From positions 1,204,877 to 1,268,876 of the forward strand of contig NW_015168051.1 in assembly GCF_001447785.1 (NCBI RefSeq): a DNA stretch of 64,000 nt, given 5' to 3'. Both the position numbers and the translations under genes were made by a program. The stretch comes from Gekko japonicus (Eukaryota). Below the pieces are notes generated by a model that was not told the DNA's origin, ran no database searches, and was given only the letters and a program-made list of their open reading frames with translations. This document shows positions 11,811-24,300 of this stretch, in pieces. How positions within the stretch are numbered: position 1 is the stretch's first letter; each line of letters starts with the position of its first letter.

Positions 11811-12203
11811 TTGACTGAAAATAAATTTCACTAGAAGTTTTACAGAGAAATCATAGAGGTTTACTTACAATTTAATCCCACCATTCTCCCACGTAAGCAT
11901 GCTAAGGACTGCAGCCTTAGTTACGAATAAAAGGATGCAGGACCAAAGTGTTAATTCAGGCTGTCAATAAAGAGTACTATATTTTTTTTAACGTTCCACT
12001 GCAGGTATTCAACTGAAACAGCCACTGACAGGAATACAAGTTACAGGATACAATTAAAAATAGAGATGATAGGGGCAGAGAAGTACTGCATAAATTATGC
12101 AAAACAATAAAAATGGATTAAATCATGATTTTATTACAAATACAGACCTTTACTCTGAATCGTACTAGATATTAAATGCTATCAGTAATCATGTATGAGT
12201 GTT

Positions 12204-12365
12204 TCATTTCTGTAAACCTCTGTGGTGATTACCACTTGGCAAAATCGATGCAAAAGTAATTCCATATGTTGAACTTAGTTGGTTCAAGCACTTCTCATAC
12301 TGATCATTCAGGTGTAATGATTCTTGAAGAGCATATTTTAAATCTTCTATTTCATCAAAAAAATC
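12204..12365 (-). CDS. Coiled-coil gene, last coding exon
   Basis: DFFDEIEDLKYALQESLHLNDQYEKCLNQLSSTYGITF...QK*; ttttcag acceptor; AATAAA (minus) at 12135-12130. Confidence 0.85.
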   Translation of the reverse strand, partial: DFFDEIEDLKYALQESLHLNDQYEKCLNQLSSTYGITFASILPSGNHHRGLQK

Positions 12366-15300
12366 CTGAAAAGAATGCCAGTACATATCTTTTAATTAAA
12401 TACTACATCCCAATAAAAACATCTAAGATTTTATAAGTTACCACTCAATGTTATTTTTATTATTGGGGGGGATCTAAAAACCAAAAGATTTGCTAAGTAA
12501 AACTGTATAAAGTTTAATTTGGCTCCCATATTACTGTACTTAACTGCTAACTAATTTAGGGTATAATCCTTATCCCATTCTTAATTATGGTAGTTCTCAT
12601 CTAGTACAATACATAGTTGAAAGCGCAGGAAAGCATCACTACCAAATCCTATTTATAGACTTTGTAAAACTGAAAAGACTTCTGTCCCTGCCAAGTGTAC
12701 CTCTGAGGGAATGAAGACTTAATTACAGGAAATACTTTGTTGCTATCTATTTCAGCTGAATATACACAAAGAAATATCGGTCAAAGGAACATTTGCTGTG
12801 TTTCCAAATTAAATCCACTGAATGTGGAACATCTTCACGTACATTCTAATGACAAAGGTATTCATAAGGGGGGGGGGGAGAGAGAGAGACACTGAGTTGG
12901 ATCCAGCCAGCTTTTTCAGTCATTCTCATCTAATTCCTGTCCTTGCTACAGGCCCTGTCCCACACGCTTTTTGTCCCGTGATCCCTAACATAGCCTTTTT
13001 GGTGGTCAAAGGGGGTCCCCCTCCTTCCTTTCCACCAGCACAAAAGCCTTAAACCTAAAAGATGAACACTTCCAGCAAAGAGTCCTTGACTGACAGTTCC
13101 ATAAAGAGGTCATCACAGGTTGCCCGTTGTGAATGCAACAGAAAGGTATATACATGGACTTGCTGTGCATGCAGAACCCTCTCCAGCAGATTGCCAGCAC
13201 GCCCAGTTCTGAGCACCTTTTGAGGAGGGGGGACATAACTAAATAATCTCACCACCACCACCAGAGAGGAACTATTTTAGTCCTCACACACCACAGATAC
13301 TTGGAAAGTACAGGTTCAAACCAAGGCTCTGGATATACAAGAGAATCTAATTATCATAGCAGAATTAGTCATATGTAGCTGACACACCTAAGTCATGGCC
13401 TTAACTTGCAAACAAGTTACCTTGTCTAATGCAGCAAGTTCATTTCTCAGCATTCTTCTCTCTCTAGATAGCTTTTCATTTTCCTTCTTCAGTTGCTGGA
13501 TCTCCAAAAGCAACTGGTCTGCAATTTAAATATATCTTCAAAATCAAGAGCTCACTAAAAAGCATAATCATGATACAACATAATTTTCACATTATATTTA
13601 AAGGCAAGATTGAAGTTGCTTTTTTCTTATAAAATTCTCTCCAGAGAAAGCCTTGCTAGTATGAAGCCCTCCTAGCTGGAAACCTGCACAGATGCTGTTT
13701 AGCCACGTACAGTTTTGTTGGCTCCTCATGACCTGATTCTGCTGAAAAAAGCACCTCATAGGATCAGCTGTGAAGACTGCTACACTGGTAGGAAATTACA
13801 GCTGTAGGAAAGGGCCATATAAAAGCCATGGAAAACCTTGAGCTGCAAATACAGATCACACGCAGCACATGGATTACAGGGTGTGACGACCTCTTATCTG
13901 GGAAGGTCTAGTTTTACTTTAAAAGTTCTTATGGTTTATTTTTCTTTGGGTATTCTGGCTGCCACCAGGAATTTTTAATAAATTCCAATTCTTCTCTTTG
14001 CTTCTGGGCTTGGTATTGTAGCACGGGGTCTAGGCCTTTCGAGGAACTATGTGGTCTGAGGAAGGATTCTTTACTTAGCTGGTAAACTTGAAGTAAATAG
14101 GATTTATTTAAAGAAAACATAAATACGAGGGTAAACAATGTAAACAGTACTGGGAAGGATTTGAACAAATGCTTGGTGTCTCTCACAAGCTTCTCCTTTA
14201 CTGACAGGGAGGTTAAAGCAACCTTGTAACACTTTTCACTGTACTCTTCTTAGACTCTCAGCTTTCAATTGTAACTCTTATAACACAGAACTTAACCGTC
14301 TGCTTAACACAGAGACTTTTACTCTTATATTTCACACAGGAACTTCTCACACAGAGACCTCAGGACAAAACTCATATCAACTGCTTTTACACAGCACACT
14401 CTGCTGACTGACTGTTTCAACACAGAACTAAACAACCCATACAGGGAAGCTTCTTCTTATAACTGTTTTTCTCAACTGTCATACCTAACAGACACACCAG
14501 ATAGACATTCCAATCATCCACACAGCATCCATTCCAAAACCCCTCCCCCTCTCTGTCACTCACCAATCATATCCCTTGCTTGTCCAGCACTCTAGATTCC
14601 TCACACAGCTATGCCAACCAAACTTTTTAAACACACACACACAGTAAAACATGGAATCGTTACACAGGGGTACAAAGTACATCAGGGAAGTGGGAAGGAG
14701 ACAGTGTTATGTGGCAAGTGGAGCTGAGATGTACAGCTCTGGTCCACTTGTGAAGCACAGAAGGTTGGCTTTAGCCGCCACAGTGCGAACCTCCATCTGC
14801 AGTAGCTAAAGGCAATTTATAGTATCAAGTTGCCAGTGGAATACAGTGCCATGTACAGTTCTCCACTTATGCCTCCTACTCAGTCACATATAAGTGTACA
14901 CATGCTAAGAAATTGAATAAAAATAAATATGAGTAGCTATTCAGACAGTACCCAGCCAATTAAACCAAACAACGTTTTCCTTCGGAAGAACAGAGGCAGT
15001 ACAGGAATCCATGTCTACCCCAGAATCTGTTCACTGAAGCCAGTCTGCTGCTGGAAAACAGCCAGGGGAGGGAGAGAAAGAGCCACTGCAAAGGTTGACG
15101 AGGGAGAGACAAAGCACAGGACAGCAGCACAAGGGGAAAGGAGCAACCAGAGGAGAAGTCTGGAAGGTCAGCACTGAGAGCCAGTGTAGGATAGTGAACA
15201 AGAGTGTGGAACTGGTATCTGGGAGACTCGGGTTTCAGTCTCCACTGGTGCCATGGAAGCCCACTGGGTCAATGATACTCTCTCAGCCTAACCTATCACA

Positions 15301-18300
15301 CAGGGTTGTTGTGAGGATAAAATGGAGAGGAGAACGATGTCAGCCACTTTGGGTCCCCATTGGGGAGAGAGGCAAGGTACAAATGAAGTAAATGTGAAGG
15401 CTTTAAAAAAAAAAAAGGGAAATTACAAAAACAACACTGCCCTGGGGCTTTTAAAGAAATGTTCCCAAAAGAAAAACCGGAAATGTTGGGAAGCTCTGAA
15501 AAAGCACCTACAAAATACCAATCTTTAGAATTAATGAAATGCTTTCTGAGACATGTAACTCATTCAGAATGTGTCGTATGAAGATTTTGATGCAGCACAA
15601 ACCTAACAGCATTCGATAATTATATTTCCTGTGTATATAGACAAATGCCCACAGATGTTCTCTGTGCGACTGAACAACAACAACAATTTTATCCACAATT
15701 AACCTGCTATAATATGATAAAACAGTTAAGTGTCTTCAATGTTAGACTTGATATCCAAATATGATGCTAGTTCTATAATTGTGACTGTATGAGTTTCTCA
15801 AATAACAAACTCTATTTTGCTTACAACAAAAGTTGTATTTTGTTTTCAATTTCTCTTTTGTCTTGCTAAGTTTACACAGGATACAGTAGTTTGCAGCAGT
15901 CTCTCTCTCATGTATTAGATATATTCACAATTTTGCATGTACAAAATAAAGACATTTATACTTCTAAATACCATAAATATACTAAATAGTACTATTTTTT
16001 ATTCCAAGTTACAAATTATGTATTTTATGCTGTTAAATTAAGTAGTAGTGGTGGTGGTGGTACTAAATTTCAAAATCTATTAATTCAACACTTCTGGAAT
16101 TTTTATGTCTCCTCTTGAACAAAGGAAAAGATTGGAACAAATTGGAAGTTTGGAATAGAATCCAAAGCGCAAGATCAAGCGTGGAAGGGAGTATGCATTC
16201 AGTGTGGTAGAAAGCACTTCTTTGTATCTGCAGGGGTGATGGTTTGGGAGAGATGCAATGGTTCTTCTAAGTGACTCCTCCTGTGTATTATAGAGTTATA
16301 ACTGCATGCCCAGGATTGCTATACTGGACTTTTTTGTTGGATTTTGGATGTTCCAATAAAAAGGTTTTAAATTGCTCTTGTTTTTGGATTTTTCCCTATG
16401 AATCAACATAAAGGAAAATTTACAAGATGTAATTCTGATGCCCATAAAAACAGTTCTTGGACTTAGGGTTAGTCCAGAAGAAAAGCATACAAGAGACATG
16501 AGGACATTTGTTTGGAACTTGCCACATGGTCTGGTTTAGTAAATTTTTAAAAGAAGAAGAAGAAGAACAGCTCCCTCTTCTTCGTCCAGGGTGGGTCTAA
16601 ACATCTATATCAAGTCTTAATTCCAGAGGCTTTTTTTGTTCTATGTCTGGTAACCTCAAGCTAATGTAAGAATCACAGATTCAGGGTACAGTCTCTTTCA
16701 AGTCACAAAGATAAAGGCCCCATAAGGAAAATTCCATTCCATTCTGGAACTCAGAGCAACCCCCTATTTCCAGAGTTATGGTGCTTTGCAAGTCTATTTA
16801 CAGACAGACAAGGCATCTACAACAACCCAACAACAAAAAGCATCAGGGGATCCCATATTCTTACCTAAATATCTGCAGGAACAGCCCCCCTTCTTTTTGC
16901 ACACACATTTGTGAGATAATGTCTTTCTCCGTGCTGCAGTACCTGGAGCAGTTTTGCCCCCTTGTGTACCCTTTTTGCTTTCTAACTCCTTTCTCTTTTG
17001 GCTTGCCAACTGAAGTTGTTGTTCTAGCTCATTAATTTTAACCTGTGGTAAAACAATAGGACATATTTAATACATGAGAAAATGCATACCACCTCAAGCA
17101 TACATAGAAATATACTTGGTGAATTAATTCCGGGTGAAGTCTTTATCTGTATTAGTGGTAGGCAACAAAAAAACAAAAGAAGAGAATCCCCTCTAGATCA
17201 AAATATGCAAAGCTCAGATAGAGAAAAGGATTTTAAAAAAACAACCCAACCTTTCTACATGTCATGTATTTCATGATACCCAGCTTGTATTTTTTTCTCA
17301 AAACACCAATCCCATGACCTACTGCAAAAGTAAATATAGAATAAATCCAGAGTTAAACACTTTGGGGCAGGCTGGGTTTACATTGCAAAGCTGGTGACAG
17401 ACAGGGCAATGCCAATAAACTGTCCAGAAGGAATGCAGGAATACGTTCAGCCCCAATCCAGCAATGGCACTGCATGCATAGCCACAGATGCAGGATCTTT
17501 TTCCCCATACAGGATCTTAAGCATTCATGGAACAGATCCAAAAGAGGATCTGTTTGGAGAAGTCTGCTTCTGTAAACAGTTGCTTTTGCTATTGTTAATT
17601 CTATTTCAACCCTACCCTTCCCAAGGACAAATAGAGAGTAACTATCATCTCCCTTCTCACTTCTTCTGCATTGGGTAGGGGGTTGGACTAGATGGTCTGT
17701 ATAGCCCCTTCCAACTCTGATTCTATGACTCATGAAAGCTCATACCCTACCACAAGTTTTGTCAGTCTTTAAGGTGCTACTGGAGTCTTATTCTTTTCTA
17801 CTGCTACAGGCAGACTAACACAGCTACCCATCTTATTTATTTATTTATTTAGATTTCAAACCACCCTCCCCCGCCAAGGCAGGGCTCAAGGCGGTGTAAA
17901 AGGTTAAGGTAAAGGTTTCCCTTGCTCAAAAGCCAGTTGAATCCAAGCCCAAGAGCCAGCGCTGTCTGAAGACATTTCTGTGGTCATGTGACTGGCATGA
18001 TTAAACACCAAGGTGCACGGAACACTGTTACCTTCCCATCGAAGCAGTACCTATTTATCTACTTGCAATTTCTTGCTTTCAAACTGCTGCACAACATAAT
18101 AAATTCATAATCCATAGTTAAAACAGTTTAAAAACAATAAAAGACACAGTAATTAACCTTAAGATGCCACTGCCTCATGGGGAAGCAGGGAGTGGGAGTG
18201 CCAGAAGGATGTCTTGATCTATCTTGATCTATCATCTCCCTTGTAGGGCTGACTTGATAACTTCCTTGCCCCCTAGCTCTCTGTATATTGAGACTTTTAA

Positions 18301-21300
18301 GCCTACTGTCACGGAATTAGGGCCTGGGTTGAGCCTCAGTCCTCTGTGAAACTTATGATACTTTAGTTTTCATTGGCATTAGCCTCTACAGTTGAATCTT
18401 TGGCTCTGTTTCCCAGGAGGCTTCAGGACTCTGCCAAGTCCTATGGCCTTCTGGTACCAATAACTCTGTACATGACTTTTGCCTTAGAGGATGTTTATAC
18501 ATTCCAGAAGTTAGTGGTCTCACTATCAGAATCTAGATGGAGAAGGTATTTGAATCTAGCTTCCTTGACTCTCCTTGTGAGCTTCCTGGCCCCAAAGTGA
18601 GAAAGAAGGAGAGTGATTATGCCTTGCCTTGCGTAAGGTGTTGCTGTAGCTATGCCAACATAAGCAGCTACATGCTAAGCATCACACTTGATGGTCCCAT
18701 TTCTGTCAGGAGTACACAATATAGATATAAGTTGCTGCAAACTCGAGAACTCCTGAAACATGCTGATTTTGTTTTTTGCTTGTAAAATAAGAAAGAAATT
18801 AGCTCATCAAGGACTAAGTACGCTCACTGACCTCCAGCAGCCACAGAAAGCTGAGGACACATGACGACACAGGAAAAAGAAAGGGAAGGGGGGCCCTGGC
18901 CACTCCTCCACTTTCACTTGGCTGGATGGCCTTGGGCAAGCCATAGCTCTGATAAGAGCTGTTCTTGAAAAAGAGCAGTCTCTGTCAGAGCTCTCTCAGC
19001 CCCACCTACCTCACAGGGTGTCTGTTGTGGGGAGGGGAAGGGAAAGGAGTTTGTAAGCCGCTCTGAGACTCCTTCGGGTAGTGAAGGGCGGGGTATAAAT
19101 CCAATCTCTTCTTCTTCTCTTCTTCAATTGCAGTGGGGGGGGGGAGGTTAAGGTACAGACCATGAGGCAAGCATCTCCTAATCCCTGCCTCCTGAGTCCA
19201 GGATGCCGTAAACTTCTCAAATGAGTCAAAGCCTAGTACGAGTTGGGGGAAGAAGAGTTACCAGGACCAGAGGAAAAAGACTTCTTTGGAACCTGGCCAG
19301 CTGACCTCCAAGAGGACTTCTTCCATCTATGAAGGGAGCAGAGCTCCCTAACAATCTTTATGTATCCTTGAAGGGGGTGACATAAATCTTACGGAAAGCA
19401 GTGAAACTGTTTCCTTTTGTTCTTGATGTATCTTCATTTCGTTATTATGCCTTCTCTGCAGATTATTGTACATCTGACGCAATCTGGAAAACAAAATATG
19501 CAAAAATAAGAGGAAATCACAGACATTTCAAGCACACACACACAAACATACATAAAACGAAACCACCTATGCAAACCCCACTGAAAGTGCATGGGCGAGG
19601 TTTTGATTGACGACCTTTAAAAGTTGTTGTTTGGGTTCCTTTTTTTTATAAAGAAAAAAGTGAAATAGAGGATGTGTATGATAAGACTCATGCAGGGACA
19701 GAGGGAGTGGCTTGGGAGGACAAATGTAGTAGAATAACAGGAAGACCCAGAGGAGCCTCAACAAGAGGCAGCAGCAGGCCCCAAACTGCCCTTGACATGC
19801 CAGCACTGGCCGCGTTTTCAGGTGAAGTTGAGCTCAGAGATTATGGAGATGACAGGATTACAGCCTTGACAGGTATATACACAGAGGCAGCAACCCTGTT
19901 AATTGGTTGGCGCCTGCTCCTGCAGGAGACAGAGAAAAAAGGACAGTCAAGACAGAGAAACAGGAGGAAGACAGACAGAACAGGTCACCATGCCTAATTC
20001 TGCAGACGTAACAAGGGCTGCAGGAGCTGCGGTGGCTCAAGTAGTTAAGACACTGAACTGCAGGCTGTGGAAGGTCAGTAGTTCAATAAACACAAATACT
20101 GCGTACAGATAACCAAAATTGTAAGAATCAGTTGACTCTTGTAGGTGACTTCAAACAGTTTTAATCTTTCTGTTTTCCAACAAAAGACGCCATCAATGTT
20201 CTAAGGCGACGTCAAGACAACGGAGACACAGATGAACTTCCCCGGAGTTTTACCGCTCATTTCGATATGCTCTTTCTCAAAGCAACGGTTCAATTCTGCA
20301 TCCTTACAATATCTGATACCGGAATTTCTCCAATTCCACGAAACTTCAAGAGCTCTTGACTATATTACTTCTACATACGGACCGTATGTAAGGATGCAGA
20401 ATTGATGGCGTCTTTTGTTGGAAAACAGAAAGATTAAAACTGTTTGAAGTCACCTACAAGAGTCAACTGATTCTTACAATTTTGGTTATCTGTACGCACT
20501 GTTTGCAGTATTTGTGTTTATTGTACCTCAGTTATACTGCTGCACCCCCCTTTTTCTCTTCTGTCGAAGGTCAGTAGTTCAGCAGTTCGAGACCCGAATT
20601 GCCGCATGACGGAGTGAGCTCCCGTCTCTAGTTCCAGCTCCCGCCAACCTAGCAGTTTGAAAGCAAGAAATTGCAAGTAGATAAATAGGTACCACTTTGG
20701 TGGGAAGGTAACAGCGTTCCGTGCACCTTGGTGTTTAGTCATGCCGGCCACACGACCACGGAAACGTCTTCGGACAGCGCTGGCTCTTCGGCTTCGAAAC
20801 GGAGATGAGCACCGCAACCCTAGAGTTGGACTCGACTGGCTTTCGAGCAAGGGAACCTTTAACTTTACTTTAACAAGGGCTGCAGGAGTAGAGGGACCTC
20901 AAACTCCTCCACTGAAGCCCCAAGCAGACAGTCTTGACACAGGAACCTGGGGACTCACACTTGTAGAATGGCCTACATACTGAATGCAAGACTGTACCTC
21001 TGCTTTACTAGAGTAAGAAAAAGCCATAAACAATTTGCTGTACACAGAGATAAACTAGGGAAGACCAGCATCAAAAGGAGAAAATCTCAGAAGAGATTTA
21101 GGCCGTTTCCACCAGGACATTTTACTCTGCCTTGGCTTCCTTACAGAAGTATGGTTTTTGGGAGCACCCACAAGTCATTGTCCTGTTTTCATCTTGTCTC
21201 TGTGTTTTGCTGCAATCTGTGTTTTGCTTTGCTGCAATCTTTCCCAAATATAGTTCGGTATGGTCTTTTTAAAAAGATCATCACAGCCAAAGCACCTTCG

Positions 21301-24300
21301 GATGCTGTGTGGAAAGGAAAGTGTGCATTTTTAAGGCCCTACCTGTATTGACACAACTTTCCTTGCACCAGCACATGCAGCCATTCCAACCAAAACCACA
21401 TGGCTTTTTTTTAAAAAATCAGCAATTGCTAGATCTCTTTAGTGTTATACTGTTGATGTACTGCCACAATCTCCTCTTTCCCAGGAACTCTTTCACCCTT
21501 TTCACTGCAGAACTATAAAGGTTCGGGCTGCACATTCCTCCTTATCACTCCACAATGAAAAGGCTAGACTTAATTTTTTAATGTGAAAGCTGGGAATGAG
21601 TAGATCATGGCAATAAATTGTTATAACATTGTAAAGCTATAGAGATCTAGCAATTCCTCATTTCAAAAAATCTTATGACACAAGAAAACTGTGATTAAAA
21701 GTGCTGTGTGGATGTGGGTGCTCTGTTGTGACTGTGAATGCCTCTCCAGCAGCAGCAGCAGCAAGAGCTACACAAAGAAGTACCTCTGTCAAGAAGTAGC
21801 ACCACATTAGAAAAATGGGGAGCTTTAACATCTGACAATACAGATGCAACTTTGCTTAGGATTGCACTGTTAGACTATCATTGTGTTCTTGCATATATAA
21901 GAGTATAGCTCACTGAATACAGATTGACTTTCAAATAAGTAACAAACATATTGTCCTTGAAAAAGCTTACTTGGCATTTTCCTTTGCTACTTCATGTAGC
22001 CTGGAACGAACTCTATCACTTTTACTCCATACATGAATTTCTGTTTGAACTTGCACACTAAATCAAATAAACACAGTGACTTAATAATGTAATTCTTTCA
22101 ACAAAAGCTATACATTTGTTTACTGAACCTTTTAATCTTAACATTTGCAACTGGAGTTACACTGTTAAAGGTTCATCAAAATACAATTCCATTCACTACT
22201 TTATTATCTAAACTTGGTATTTTTGTAGTTCTGTTCTGAGAGAAACCTTAATTAGAACAGCAATATTGCTACTATACAATATGACATCACTATTTTGCAG
22301 AGTTCCATGGGCCCCAAGTTGAACAGGGCCCATAACATTTTGTAGCCCGGTTTTTCTTGCGGCAGTCCTGTGATTAGCTATAAAGATTCATTTACAGAAA
22401 TCATTATGGCTTTAAGATAAGCCTACTTCACACCTGATTATGAAATGCTAAATATAAATCTCACAAAAACTGAAACATGTCCAGATTACAAATTGCTGTA
22501 TGTTCTGATCCCATATACTCATCTAAATTCTCCAAGACATAAGGAGTTAACAATCTGTACAAGTGTTAAACATCCACAAATCAAGACTCAGTGAAACAAT
22601 GAACTCATGCTTCCTTTCTTCCCCCCCCCCCCCCAAAAAAAAGAGTGCAAATTGGCTCTTGGTTTAAGCTTAAATACATCAATTTGTCAGTAATGCTAAG
22701 TCAGCTTGGATCCAGTGGCTGCTTAGATGGGATGCTAATGAGGCTGTTGACCCCATGGCACTCAGAACGACAGCCAGAGTGAGAGCCCTGGCTGGAAATT
22801 TAGACAGCCGAGTCACTGCCAATCTCCATTTCTTACTTTCTTTTTGCCACACAAACAGGCAGGAACTTATTTTGGGCGCGCAGCTGCTCTTGCGTCTGTG
22901 TCAAGTCATGTTCCAACTGCTTGTTTTTTAGGCGTACGTGCCTCAGCTTCTTATGCAGCAGTTCATTTTCCTGATTAAGCTGAAGAAGTGAGAGGAGGGG
23001 AAAACAAATCTAGGTTAGGGTTATCTGACACAACTGAAGACTCTCACCACATCTGTTTCCATTCTTGAAAGAAGTTCTTGCTTTAATGAAAAGCCTTTTA
23101 CAAAGCCTAACCTGTGCATACCAACCTCATATGATTTTTCACATTTTATACTGCACAAAACGAGGGGTTTTATGAAGTACGTCTCCTACAATATTCTATT
23201 TGTCTAAAACACCAAAGGCATCCTTTCTCTAACCGCCATACATTAGAGAATCATGCTAGAGGTGCCTGTCTACCAAATTGCTTACTAAAGCAGAGGAGCA
23301 TGCTTCAGGTCATCCCCTCTTAATTCCTCTGCTTGATTTCTACACACCCATCAGCTCCCTTTGTCATTTGCCTTTCGTTGTTTGTTACTCATTCTTCCTC
23401 TTCAAAGAACTTTTCAAAACCCAGTTTTTTCATTCAAGAAATCACCTAAATCACAACAGTCACCTCTATGTTCACTTCTAAAGCTACTTCCTTACTTCAT
23501 CATACTGTTATAAGTCTACCTGGCCACACCATCCACTCCTTCCTCATCTAATGCAGATTGTAAACATTGTAAGGTGCATTGCATTTATATATTCTTCTAA
23601 AGCTTTACACACTACCGTGTTAAATCAGCACTTCTCAAACTTTAAGAAAACAAGCACCCCCTTCAAACTCACTAGACAGTACAACTGTTAGCTACTCTGT
23701 GTCATTTTTTTCTCTAACTATCCAGCTTCTCCACACACCTGGTTAGCATTTCTTCCCTGCTCACTACAGACCCTCATCCTAGAACATTTCAGTCCATCTG
23801 AGGTGACTGGACCTTTACAAGTCAGGAACTTGTAATCACACCACCTTCATTTCAGGAATCACTATGGAATCATGACACATGCTTTGGGGGACCCTGTGCA
23901 GTGGCCTTACCAATAAGGGACACAAAATTATTTCCATCCACATACATATACAAGTGTCCTCTAGCCCCCAGCTGGAAGAACACTGCATTTTAAAAGTATT
24001 AAAGAAATATGCCCCTGTATTGCCAGGGAACTCTTGTCTTTACTTGAAGAAAAAGGTCCTATCCATCATATTCACATAAAGACTATGATAGTATAGTGGC
24101 TGATAACATTTATTTTGGAATGGCCCATAGGAGGTTGAGATTTAAACATTGTCCCATGACAGTCAGTCACTGTCACCTATCTTTTAGCACCAGGGTTGTT
24201 GTAAGTCTAACAATCCATTGAAGTCAGTAGGCTTACAAGGATGCAAGTCCACTTACCCAGAGCAGCAAGTTTACTCAGAGATATGTTCCGCTGTATTAAG

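Noticed and set aside
12005-12128. Plus-strand 'EKYCINYAKQ*KWIKS', reminiscent of a chemokine last exon
   Set aside because: It has an in-frame stop, overlaps the 3' end of the opposite-strand gene, and is probably chance.
20165-20360. Minus-strand 'QELLKFRGIGE' HhH-like motif, open only if TGA is read as Trp
   Set aside because: Short, needs a non-standard code, and has no other support.
20362-20390. TATATTAC next to a hairpin, resembling a circular ssDNA virus origin
   Set aside because: It does not fit NANTATTAC and lies outside the loop, and no Rep motifs are seen in the translations.
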